A DNA stretch of 64,000 nt from contig OX597815.1 of assembly GCA_951406725.2 (NCBI GenBank), positions 146,134,001 through 146,198,000 on the forward strand. Reading direction: 5' to 3'. The DNA is from Octopus vulgaris (taxonomy: Eukaryota). Positions 14,635-26,614 of this stretch are shown in pieces. The number at the start of each line of letters is the position of its first letter. Position 1 is the first letter of the stretch. Both the position numbers and the translations under genes were made by a program. The notes beneath the pieces were generated by a model, which was given only the letters and a program-made list of their open reading frames with translations, searched no databases and was not told where the DNA came from.

Positions 14635-15035
14635 TTTTATGCTTTACTTGTTTGTTCTAGTTATTGGAAAGAGACCATTCTGGGGTACGGACTTGAAGAT
14701 TTTAGTTGAATTAAGTCAACCCTCGTACTTATCGTTTGAGTCCAGTACTTATTTTATTGGTCTCTTTTGCTGAACTGCTAATGTTACGGAGAGGTAAATA
14801 AACCGACAAGAGTTGCCAAGAGGTAAGGCAAACAAACACACACATGCACGCACGCGCACACACACAAACACTCATATATACATACACATAACATGCGATA
14901 GTCTTCCATACAATTTCTATCTACCAAGTTCACTCGCAGAACATTGTTCGGCCCGGAGCTATTATAGAATGCACATGCTGCCGGTACCGTACAATGAAAC
15001 TGAACTCTAAAGCGAGCTTTTTCACTTCACGGCTA
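14635..15035 (-). mobile_element. Major tRNA-SINE family, degraded copy with internal (CA)n
   Basis: Same modules as 28066-28406 in reverse orientation. Confidence 0.65.
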
Positions 15036-15082
15036 TTCTCATTTTTAATTGAACTCTGTAATTTCTTTTCTGCGACAGAGAT

Positions 15083-15238
15083 TGGGTAGTAGAGAGAAGA
15101 CAAGACACTTCTCCATAAAATAGTTTCTTCTCCACATTCACAAGTGGTATGGTTCATCTTGAAGTACCATCTGACCAAAGCAAATTTTGATGTTCCAGAA
15201 CTCGTTCTCAGGCAGTTGAATGTATTCCGCTGAACCCA
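15083..15238 (-). pseudogene. Ingi/I-group LINE ORF2 C-terminal relic
   Basis: WVQRNTFNCLRTSSGTSKFALVRWYFKMNHTTCECGEET resembles the WxxLNRLRTGxGxxKxxLxKWGxxxxxCECG zinc-knuckle region of Ingi/I-like LINEs. Confidence 0.55.
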
Positions 15239-16339
15239 TATTGACTAACATTTTATGAATTGTTAATCTACGACTGGATTATCGAGTTTTTATCTAAAGG
15301 TGAAAGTGAAATTCATAAAAGGTTTAGTTGCTTATTCTAGCAAGCCATGCGACCATGTGAAGGCTCCATCACTACCTCCAAAGTCCAGAGATAATTGTGA
15401 TTCACGCTGAGTCAAAGAAAGGGTTCAATAGCTCTGTTAATTTGCTTCTATCACGAAATATATCCAAAATCTTGTCTAATTAACTTTGCTTCTATGGAGG
15501 TATAGTATTGGCCACTAAATAAAGATTTCTACAGATTTTCATTTATATTTATAATACTATGTATATAGTGCTAGCTACATCCTTAATGTTGACAATCATT
15601 TTACTCGTCTCTTCTAGGTCTTAAAAGTGTGACGAAAATACATTTGAATCCACTCCAGATTGTCCTTTTCACAGACTCAATGCAGTTGGTGTAATGGGTA
15701 ATTTAGGTTTATGTTCAATATTAATGATTTTTTTTTATTGGGTCAGTGATCAAATTGATTGAACTGGAAATAATACCAGAAGAATATTGAATAAAATTGT
15801 AAAATAAAATTTCTCATGCAGAGATTTAGCTCATTGAGTGAAAAAATATTATGGTTGGAATTGAGTAATGACACAAATTTTACTGTAGAATAAAAAAGAG
15901 AAAAGAGAACAATAAACGAAAGAAAAAGAATGAAAGACATTCAATAATTTCTTCAAATACCGAGTGGTCATAACTGTTATGTAACTTCAAAGAATCAGAA
16001 CTTTGGAGGAAAATAAATCTTGTCTCACACAAGAAAGAAGAGAAAAATAGGGAAGTATCTGTTTTACGTAATTTCGTACTTTGTGATCCACAGAAATAAT
16101 CTTCCAGATGCATTTTACTGTGTAATTATTTTAATCTGAAGCAGTTCCGCTGTAATTTTCTCAGGTTTCTTTCACGTTTGACCTCTTCACATTATTTACA
16201 GACAATTGATTTGAAGATCAATTGTTTCATGTGGAGATGGATAGCGAAACAAGAAATTATTCAATCAAACATGATTTTTTTTTTAATAGAGAAGTATTTC
16301 ATTCTGAATCTAGAAATAAACGTAAACTCATATTAAAGA

Positions 16340-16520
16340 TAGTAGTAGCAATCGTAACTGAGGCAGCAGCCGCAGCAATCGCAGCAACCGCAGCAATCGT
16401 AGCAACCGCAGCAATCGTAGCAACCGCAGCAGCCTGTCTCAGCAATTGATGTTGTTGCTGTAGCAGTAGTTGGAGGAGGAGAAGCAGCAGCAGTGGTATA
16501 ATTAGATGCAGCAGCTGCGC
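16340..16520. repeat. GCA-rich low-complexity repeat with an 18-bp unit (cgcagcaatcgtagcaac)
   Basis: Directly visible; about 3 near-identical 18-mers inside a degenerate (GCA/GTA)n tract. Confidence 0.85.
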
Positions 16521-16727
16521 GTATGGCTGACGAATATTGATATACTTTCCAAGACATAATGCTCAACACAATTCAGTATATGCTTATATACTTATGCAAA
16601 TACATGCACACACAAACACACACACACACATACACACACACACATATATATATATATGCACACACACACACATAAATTAACCCCCACAGGCGCACACTCA
16701 CATACACACACATACATACATATATGA

Positions 16728-17010
16728 GAAGGTGCGTGGCTAAATGTGTAGGGTAATCAGCTCTCTATTGTAGATTGTGAGTTCGGAAGATCAGAAATCC
16801 TTGAGCAAGACACTTTATTTCACGTTTCCCTCGTTTGCTAAACTAGCAAAAATTAGTTTTACCTGTAATTGTAAAAAATGGTCTTTTCACATTCTGTTAA
16901 GAGTGTCTGCAGAGTGCTCAGCCATTTGTACGTTCATTTCACGAGCAGGCTGCTCCGTTGATCGGATCAACTGAAATGATCACCGTCATAACCTTCGGAG
17001 TCCCAGTTTT
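16728..17010 (+). mobile_element. tRNA-derived SINE with CORE-like segment
   Basis: gaaggtgcgtggctaaatg...gtgagttcg head, ccttgagcaagacactttatttcacg centre, 3' module gagtgctcagccatttgtacgttcatttcacgagcaggctg. Confidence 0.6.
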
Positions 17011-17692
17011 ATATCAGCAAAATCAGTTTAGTATTTCCCAAATAGATGGGTACTTCAACTCCAGCGTGTAATTCAGGACCGGCGGAATTCAGATATATGA
17101 AGAATCTTTATCGAAATGTTATTGAGGTAAACAAAAATAGGCTTAACCAATTAAGTGCCAAATTTTTTATTTATACTTTTGGGGTTTGGCAGGTGTTTTA
17201 GAAGTTAACATAAAATATAGTATTTGAATTTTCTTCATATGTGAATTAATTGGAGATTATGATAAATGTTTCGAAAAGTCCCAAATGGTGATCGCTGAAG
17301 AAAAGCATATTTATTCTTTTCTGTTCAATCGCAATAATAAATATTTTAGTTATTTTGAAACTATAGTATAAAATGTGAATATGTATGAAATATGAATGAA
17401 TGAAATGAATTGGAAATACAAAAGAAAAAAACATTTTCAAAACAGCCAATATTTTTTTAGTTCAAAAATTTCAATTTATAGCATGAAATGTCCTCTAGAG
17501 TTAGAGCTAATAATAATAAACTTTAACTATTAATATTTAGTTAAACACACCTCTGCTCATGCAATGTACATAAGCAATTAACATGGAATACAAAGAACCA
17601 CCGGTAGTGAGACGTATATTTACATGGAGGGCACAAAATACATATTTTGGATCATAGAAAACAAACGCGCAGAAGTATTATGTAGATTATCA

Positions 17693-17923
17693 TGACAGCT
17701 GTTGGAAGATGGTCATAACTTAGATACTAACCATATTCATATGCAATGTGTTCATGATGTCTGGAGCTGGGTATAAAATTTTTAAAAAGGGATAAAATAT
17801 ACCTAACTCACTTTAATAATTTCATCCTGACTTGTCGCAGGGTAAAAACAGTTTGATATCATGCACAAATTGCATATGAATTTGATTATCACATAAGTTA
17901 TGGCTGGATTGAAACAGCTGTCA
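17693..17923. mobile_element. Fold-back / MITE-like element with about 69-bp inverted arms
   Basis: 17693-17761 (tgacagctgtt...cataactta...attcatatgcaatgtgttcatgatgtc) is the imperfect reverse complement of 17855-17923. Confidence 0.7.
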
Positions 17924-18098
17924 AAATGAGAATTAAGATAAATCTGTCCTATTGTTTCCTCTTTTCTTTAGTCTGTAGTCTATATTTCTTCTTATAGTAC
18001 AAATCAACATATACATCTCTAGCCTAACTCTGTTTATTTACCTTACAACCTGTCTGTCTGTTTGTCTGTCTTTCTGCCTTTCTCTATCGCTCTCATAC

Positions 18099-18167
<69 letters not shown>

Positions 18168-18257
18168 ATATATCAATAAACATATATATTAATACATATA
18201 CCTATCTATCTATGCATGCATGCATGTATGTATGTATATATATCTCTCTCTGTATAC

Positions 18258-18305
<48 letters not shown>

Positions 18306-18366
18306 GCTCTCGGTGCGAACGGTGTTTTTATACGGCCCCCTTTTTACAATCCTGTAAATAATAATA

Positions 18367-18560
18367 ATGGTATTTTTATATAAGCTTAACGCTTATGGCG
18401 ATCGCCGTGCAATGACTAAGGAGAAAAATCTAATAAAGAGGCATATGAGCCCTCGAAAAAAGCCCCCTGTCGAGGGCTTATATGCCCCGTTATTAGACTA
18501 TTTTCCTTACTCATTGTACGATGATTGCCTTAAGCTTTAAGCTTATATAAAATATACCAT
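18367..18560. mobile_element. Palindromic fold-back MITE, about 90-bp arms, 13-nt spacer
   Basis: atggtatttttatataagcttaa...ggcatatgagccctcga (18367-18456) pairs with tcgagggcttatatgcc...taagcttatataaaatataccat (18470-18560). Confidence 0.85.
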
Positions 18561-18620
18561 ATATATATATATATATTCATATGTATGTATGTATAGAACA
18601 TATTAGCATATATTATTTTA

Positions 18621-18828
18621 TTCTTTTAATTGTTTCAGACAATTGACTACGATCATGCTGGAGCACCGCTTTTAGTGGAACAAATCGGCCTCAGAAATTG
18701 TTTTCTGTAAGCCTAGCAATTATTGCGTCCCTTTCTTCTGCTGAACCGCTAATTATGGAGACGTAAACATACGAGCATCAGTTGTCATGCGATCGTGGTG
18801 GAGGGGAAAAACACAGACACACAAACGA

Positions 18829-18873
<45 letters not shown>

Positions 18874-19210
18874 CGGCGAGCTTTTTTCAGTTATGGCCGT
18901 GATGGAATACCGCCTTTAGTCGAACAGATCGATCCCTAAACGTATTCTTTGTAAGCCTAGTACATATTCTAGCAGTCTCTTTTGCCGAATCGTAAGTTAC
19001 TGGGACGCAAACATAAACACTGACACACACACACACACACACACACACATACGACGGACTTCTTTCAGTTTCCTTCTACCAAATCCACTCACAAGGCTTC
19101 GGTCGGCCCGAGATTATAGTAGAAGACACTTACCAAGGCGCCACGCAGTGGGACTGAACACGGAACCATGTGGTTGGTAAGCAAGCTACTTACCACTCAG
19201 CCACTCCTGC
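18621..19210 (-). mobile_element. Two tandem copies of the major tRNA-SINE (partial 18621-18892; near full 18893-19210)
   Basis: Minus-strand head gcaggagtggctgagtggtaagtagcttgcttaccaaccacatggttccgtgttcagtcccactgcg; tail module present twice; internal (CA)n/(TG)n. Confidence 0.85.
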
Positions 19211-19223
19211 TATGCTTATGCAA

Positions 19224-19765
19224 AATTATTTTTAAAAAAGAGCAGATTTAAATATTTTTTTGAAGCAAACGGTAAGAGCAGCAAACACATTTACATATTT
19301 CTTGATAGGAGAAGGTTTAAAGCTTATATTAAGGTAGTATGCACTGAAAATGAGCGCCATGTGTTGCTCGACAAACATCGAAACATCGTAACTTTTGTCT
19401 TGAAATATTTATACCATTCGTAAATTTGCATGTGACATTTGGATTTTTTATTGAATTGGCGGCAGAATTCACGTTGCACTTCCACAATCGATTCACATTT
19501 CTCAAACTGCAGCAATCAAAAAGACTTTCCTTGTGGCGTCGCCATTTGTGAAGGGATTACGCAAATGAAAATTATACAACTTGAAATAAAATAAAGAAAA
19601 TGAAACATCAAAACAAAATTAAAATATTATTGAAGGCTTAATTCAATTGATCATGTTCAGCTATAAACTTTAGCCTATCAAGAAATATTTAGAATGTGTT
19701 TGAGTCTCTTACCGTTTGTTTTAAAAATAAATTTGAAATCTGGTCTTTTTGAATAACTCTGTATA
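19224..19765 (-). mobile_element. Tc1/mariner internal-deletion derivative with about 100-bp TIRs, retaining the transposase N-terminal HTH (DUF4817-like) fragment
   Basis: 19224-19325 is the imperfect reverse complement of 19660-19765; right end tatacagagttattcaaaaaga; from ATG at 19545 (minus) MATPQGKSF*LLQFEKCESIVEVQREFCRQFNKKSKCHMQIYEWYKYFKT. Confidence 0.8.
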
Positions 19766-20274
19766 TGCATTTATATAATTATGTATGAGTGCATATATGG
19801 TACATACATAAACATGCATACATTTATACATACGTACATACACCACACACACACACACACACATATGTAACGCTGTAATGCAACAATAAATGTGCCTTCC
19901 ATGCTGAAGAAATGGGCAAGGGCCATTCTTCCTATTAGCATGTCATTTGCGATGCCTCTTCTATGTACCTCTTCTTAACTATTTATTAGTTTCTGTTCTA
20001 TTCTGTTGTAATAATAACATAATGATAGTTTCTTGCATGAATATAAAGCTGCTGAGGTGGGTGGGAAGACAATGATTTAGTCAATGAAATCAAACCTAGA
20101 GCTTTTACTGGTACTTTGGTTTTCACTGAACCCAGAGGGATGAATCGACTTAGGCAGGATTTAACTCCAGAACATCAACAATCAAAGTAAATGTCACACG
20201 ATATTTCTTTTACACTGTAAATTTAATTGTTTCTAACAAGGTACGGTCAAATGAAGTATATATAAACTATATAG

Positions 20275-20540
20275 AGCTTTTCAATGCCCTGCTACAAAAT
20301 TTAAGAAATATGTATGAGGTGGAAGTAGATATCTTCAAAAAGGAACTAGACATCCTCCTCTTCACAGCATGAGGTGCAGACGAGTGCAGCGGAATCAAAC
20401 TCCCTTATACACCGGATGGGCCAACAGCTAGGAGAAAAGTAGTAGTCATGTGAAAGACATCAGACTGAGGAAATCAGAATGACCACGGTGGTTCTCCAGC
20501 ATGACCGCAGCCACATGGCAGAAACGAGTAAAACATAAAA
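20275..20540 (+). pseudogene. CR1-group (Zenon-like) LINE 3' end with SINE-type tail
   Basis: LFNALLQNLRNMYEVEVDIFKKELDILL...EVQTSAAESNSLIH, then tail ggtggttctccagcatgaccgcagccacatggcagaaacgagtaaaacataaaa. Confidence 0.7.
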
Positions 20541-21481
20541 TATTATATATTAGAATCAATAATGTTTCTATCATTGGGTGGTCTGCTGCAGATGAAATGA
20601 AAATTACCGATAATTCAGTGCGTGGGAGACGTGTGAGGAACGGGGTGGAATCAGTTCATTCTATGATCCAATGACTCAGATACTAAATATCATTTGTGTT
20701 CACTTACAGCCTGACCTTTAGCATGAATTCATCATAACGATACATTATTTTTCCTCCCTTAATCACGGCCCAGTATCTAACATAGAAATCAATATTATAT
20801 AATGGTTGTAGTTCGTATACAGGAAAGCAAGAGGTCAGCTTGTTACAAGTCAATACTGTGACCCGATTTCTATTTTCTGTAGTGCAAATATATCATTCGA
20901 TTCATCCCATTGACTTTCTTATCAAAGTAGCAAAACTGTGATTTCTCTCGCCGATCTCATTGGATTGTGTATTGATAAAGCATGCCTATTGAAGATGGAT
21001 CATCACTACTTAATACTTTATTTCTATCTTATAAGCTTCTTTATACAATCAGGATTGTAGAAGAAAATTTTTCAGAACGTTATAAAGTCGAATAAACCGA
21101 TGAATCAAACTTTCTGAAATCTTTCTAAATTTCCCAAAAGACTACTTTGTCGATGTGGAAATTTATTATTGATACAGGATTTATGTAAATCTATAGATAA
21201 GCTGCCAACAAACGCTGAAAGATAAGTCAATGTATCTAATTATATACTCTATTGGTTTCATTCACACAGTTTCATAAACCCAATGATCTAAGTGAAGTTA
21301 GATATGATTACTTTCCTCTACAGCCTAAATAACTTCTAACTGAAGCTCTTTTCTTTGTCAATAAACATTTTCAAATAGGAAGTGATGAATAAATTCGGAG
21401 TGCAACAGATCTCCACCCCTAGCCTCCATATTTTATTAGGCTATTGGTGAAGTTAAGCAAATGGAAACTGTCTCTTCATAT

Positions 21482-21695
21482 TTACTTTTACTCTATTACT
21501 TGCTTAAGTAATTTGACTGCTGCCATGCTGGAGCACCGCCTTTACTCGTACGAATCGACACCAGGACTTATTCTTTGTAAGCTTAGAACTTATTCTATCG
21601 GTCCCTTTTGCCGCGCCGCTAAGTAAACACACCAATATCGGTTGTCAAGTGATGGTGGGGACGAACACAGACATACACATACATACATACATACA

Positions 21696-21788
<93 letters not shown>

Positions 21789-21923
21789 GACAGTCTTCCT
21801 TCAGTTTCCGTATACGAAATCTACTGACAAGGCTTTGGTCGGCCCGAGGCTATAGCAGGTACCATTCGGTGGGACTGAACCTAGAACCATGTGGATGGGA
21901 AGCAAGCTTCTTATCACACAGCC
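21482..21923 (-). mobile_element. Major tRNA-SINE copy with long internal (TACA)n(TA)n
   Basis: Reverse complement of the 28066-28406 modules. Confidence 0.85.
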
Positions 21924-22814
21924 ATTAATAATAACATGTTAAGAATAATATTTTAATATTATTTTATCGCTTTATTGTTGCAGTTACCACAATATTTTAG
22001 ATTCTCACACTCCTTGCGTTTATTATTGAAACATTTTTCAAGCAGAGCGATTTCGATTTCTTTTTTTCTGCCGCACTCTTTTGTAAACAAATGGAATTCT
22101 AAAAAATGAGTGAAATTTCTGAAAATGAATCGCATATTATTTTCTGAGGAATCATTTTTTTTTTCTTTTTTGTTATTGCTCTCGTAAAAGTCTTAGACTT
22201 TGGAGCACCGAATTTGAACCTGGTCCTTTAAATAATAAAAAAAGGATTCATAATTACTATTTGAACAGCAACTCTACACAATTCTTTTTGCTCGAGATTA
22301 GGCAAAAGAAATGTGTTGATTTGTCTACAAACCAATATGAGTAAGAGGATACGCTACGTTCAGGAAGGATCCGAACTCTTTGGAGTTTCCACAAGGAGAT
22401 GCGATCATGAAGTATGCCTTATGTATCATTATAATAATAGAAGACCTAATGACTGCCCTTCAACGCAGTCACTTGACAAGATATTAAAGTTAACTAATTT
22501 TATCTTAAATCACACTGTATTGTCTCAAATAAAAGTGACAGCGCATAAAATAATTTACACTCGGTGTCTGAAAAATAAATTTACTATTCACAGCTGGAAT
22601 ATTTATGATCATGGTTATGCTCTGTGAGAGCAAATGTGAGCCTAACAACCTTGCTAAAAGCAACTAGTTAATAACAAAGGGTGTGATAAGTGATTTGACC
22701 CAGATGACAAAACGCAAGACATTATAAATGAATGCATTTCATTGAGTTGAAAGTACAGTCTTTGTTCTAAAAGCCTATGTTGCGCTGAGAGAGCTTGGTA
22801 TTATTAAAGTTACA

Positions 22815-22886
22815 TGTCTTGGTCTCGGACACAACGGTGTGAGCTGTTTGCAGTACAGAAACTGTCGACTTATCGGGGATATGTCA
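22815..22886 (+). repeat. 72-bp exact duplicate of 23730-23801
   Basis: tgtcttggtctcggacacaacggtgtgagctgtttgcagtacagaaactgtcgacttatcggggatatgtca is identical at both sites with unrelated flanks. Confidence 0.95.
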
Positions 22887-23729
22887 GCCATTTTATCGTT
22901 TCAGTCATCTAGGCACCCAAAATACATTACTTGAGCGTAATTGCAAATTCAATACAAAGACCTACTTCACAAGGTCACCAGATTAGAAACTTGATACTAC
23001 AACTCAAATATAATCGATTTTTGTTTATTTGAAAGCAAAGGCAGCTTTATTATGGTGATTGTGGAAAACAAAGAGGAAAACGGGAAAAGAAAAACATGAA
23101 ATGATAAATAGAGTATTTTCATGAGTAATGCAAATTCCTGGTGTATCAACGAAGGTTATAAGGAAATTAAATTAATTGTAGGTTAGGCTGAGCTATTAAT
23201 TAATCTATCAAAGTAGTATTAAATATACCGTTTTCCTTGTTGTATGGTGAAGCAGACGTGCACTTAATAGCGTGTTTGGGCAATAACTATTCTTTCTTAT
23301 ACTTTATTAATTAATTCAGAGTGTAACCAAAAGAGGTAAGGTGATGTGATTAACTATACAATAAAGGCAGCAATTAACGGAGTATTTCATTTAAAAGGAA
23401 ATAACAGCAATTACAACAATTAGAGAACATTTGTATATATCACCTAATTTCTTAATTAAATTGTGTCAACCTCAATTTGATTACACAAAATACGGGACAA
23501 ATTAGGAAAAAATGCCACGATGGTAGATGGGGGGAAATAAATGGAAGATATATTTATGACTATATATAATATTTATGAGTATATATATATATATATATAT
23601 ATCTGGAATGTTAACATTCAAATTCAGTAAAGCAAAGTGCAGAATTCGAATATTATTTTATAATAAATATTGGTTTAGTGGTTTTAGACATTTTGGCTCA
23701 GATTGGGTACCATCTACAAGCTATGCCGT

Positions 23730-23801
23730 TGTCTTGGTCTCGGACACAACGGTGTGAGCTGTTTGCAGTACAGAAACTGTCGACTTATCGGGGATATGTC
23801 A
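23730..23801 (+). repeat. 72-bp exact duplicate of 22815-22886
   Basis: Identical sequence 915 bp downstream of the first copy. Confidence 0.95.
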
Positions 23802-25696
23802 CTTATCGACCCTTGTCCGTTATATATTATATCGATTACAGTTCGAACTATAGAAACCACTAAACACAATTACGCACACAGGCACACACACACATGCACA
23901 CTCACTCACTCACATACATACACACACCACTACCACAACAACAACAACACGCACACACGCACGTATGGTTCTCTAAAATTCATATTTGCCAAATTCCGCT
24001 CAGGGTGCATCGATCATGCGAGGCAATTGTAAGAGACCCTGGTTCGAAGTTCCTCACAATAAATTAAATATGCATGTATTTAAATATATGTACGAAACAT
24101 GTCAGTGTGTCTGTGTGTGTATATAAGTGTGTGTGTTTACATATACCTATATATTTAGACACACACACACTATATCATTTCAATAAGAAACCATCACTGC
24201 AAGATTTGATGAAAGAACAAAATCCAACTTAAATTTACTTAAGCAATTAATTTCAAGCTCTTGATTCGCTATAACAAAAAACATAAATGCTTTTAATAAT
24301 ATTATTTGTTAATTAGGCTCAATGAATAAATCGAGAACAAGACAGAATTTTTGAAGTCAAAAATAAGAAGCGGTAAGAAATGAGTCGCTGTGCTGGGGTG
24401 GAAGAAGACAGAGAAAATACGGTATGTAGGACGAATATTACTGTGAAGATGGCGGTGAGAATAAAGTGGACTAATTGAGAATGGACAAAAGAATCAAAGA
24501 AAACAGAGCAGTGTGTTATGATGTGCAAGATGTTAAATTAATTGTAAAATTTAATATTTGGAATAGTGTGATTGTTTAGGTGCCTATGGAGCCGCAAGCA
24601 GAGATCCTCTTGGGCTCCTTCATCTTTAACGCGGAGACACATCCAGAACGTGCCTCAAGGTACTGCTGGATGAAGAGGCTGCAAGAAGGCGGCACAGATA
24701 GTAATCTTCGTAGCTGAGTAGATAGGAGCAATAGGGAAGGAAGTACTGTTTTCAAGGACACAACGCTACTACTTGGTCCAGGAATTGAACTTCTGACACT
24801 ATAGTCTCGAGCAAAGAACCTAAAAAAATGTGCTTTCACGAGATTTTTTTCTTTTTATATCTCCACATTTTGCCTCATATTTTATTTAGTAATCTGCAAT
24901 TAAAATAATTGCACAGATCTCTCACTTACTACCCGTTCCTTCTGCACCTCCGAGATGACTTCTTGAAATGTATTCTTAGATATATATTCAAACCACATTT
25001 CTGATTAATTTCATTTATGTTTATTGATCTTATTACCTTTGAAATTATTTAACTCCTATTTCAATTCGTCGAGCAGCTTCTTTATCGTATATTAATTTGT
25101 AGATTGTTTTTTTTTTTTGTTTTTGTTTTTTCCTCTTCTATAACGGAATTACACTGAAATATTCTTTTATATACACCTGAACACTTTGTTTATACAAACA
25201 CTTTTGTTTTGCGTTTAGATATCTGATATTATAACTTCAATATTGAATACTATTGATTTTTAGTATAGAATAGGTTTGTATAATAATCAAAGCAACATAT
25301 TAGCCTCAGCTAATCACCGATCGAAATTGATGGTTTATTTAAACAATGGTATCATTCTGTTTGTCGAATATGATTCAGAATTTAACGATCCTTCTCTTAA
25401 CACAGTGCACTTTCTTGTCTCTATTTTCTGCCAACTCTCTCACTTCTCTTTTCTTCATTTTTCTCTTTTAGTTTTGTTACTATAGAGCAAATCTGATTAT
25501 TATCCCCGCTCCCTGAACACTTGCTGTGTGTCGTTTTCTCTCTTATATCAACAAAGCTAATTTTATATTTTTCTTTCTCTTTCTTTCTTAAAATATTAAC
25601 ATTTCGGTGTTGAATGATTTCTGGCATGTTTTTATGATTAATTATCATACATACTTGCAGAGTGTAAAGCTCTGTTCTGATAACAGACGCTATATT

Positions 25697-25846
25697 TCTT
25701 TCTTTATTGCCCACAAGGGGGATAAACATAGAGGGGGCAAACAAGGACAGACAAAGGGTTTCAATCGATTACATCAACCCCAGTGCGTAACTGGTACTTA
25801 TTTAATTGACCCCGAAAGGATGAAAATCAAAGTCGACCTCGGCGAA
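25697..25846 (-). mobile_element. Second SINE family (gcctttcatcctttcggggtcgataa central domain), 5'-truncated
   Basis: Aligns with 50511-50660. Confidence 0.8.
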
Positions 25847-26614
25847 GTCTGCCACGGCGTAAACACACTCTTTATACATTTTTAGATCACATCCACGCAC
25901 ACCCAAAATTCAATATTCCTTGGACCATTATCCTGTGCTATGATTGTGCAGTCCCACTGTGTATGATTGTTAATCTTTTGAGCTTCATCTATATTTGGAT
26001 ACTAAAGTTTCTCTAAATGTCTAAAATATTCTGCAAGAACCTTCTTTTGAAGAAACTTTTATCTAGCCCTATAAAACTTTCCATTTCATTCGTACTTTCA
26101 AAGAAAGTGCAATTAAATATCCTAATAATTTAGCGAAATAGGTAACGATGAGCTAATGGAATATTAATGTTGTTGCAATGACAGAAAATATTATGTTGTC
26201 GTATTGAAAATCATTTTAGTCTGTTTGCTATGATAACTATTTTTATGCAACTCTAGCAATCTTAACCTGATTCTTATGAAGGATGTTGCAAAATGATTAT
26301 TCTACAGAGAATTGATTACATTAGGATTCAACATTGGAATTGTAATTTAAACTAGAGGAAGATGGTAACATATGTTATTCCATTCATATTTTTGTTTTTT
26401 TTCATTATTTAAACCTTCTTCAAAGTACCTTAGAATATCTCATTTATGTAAGTACCTTAGAATGTTAGTCTTATTGCCTGTGTAACTTCTTCCATGTGAA
26501 CCATGTTTCTAAATGAGCCATTGTAATAATGAGTTACACAGTTAAAATATTTCTGATTAGAGTATAAATTGCATATGCACTTAAGAAAGTAATTGCAAAT
26601 TAAGCACCTGGTGA

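Noticed and set aside
16222-16569. Poly-Ala / Cys-rich ORFs
   Set aside because: Arise from a GCA-rich minisatellite; no splice signals or flanking coding character
22815-22886. 72-bp duplicated unit as a tRNA, ribozyme or pre-miRNA
   Set aside because: Only short hairpins (acac/gtgt, ctgt/acag); no acceptor stem, T-loop/B-box, hammerhead core or long stem
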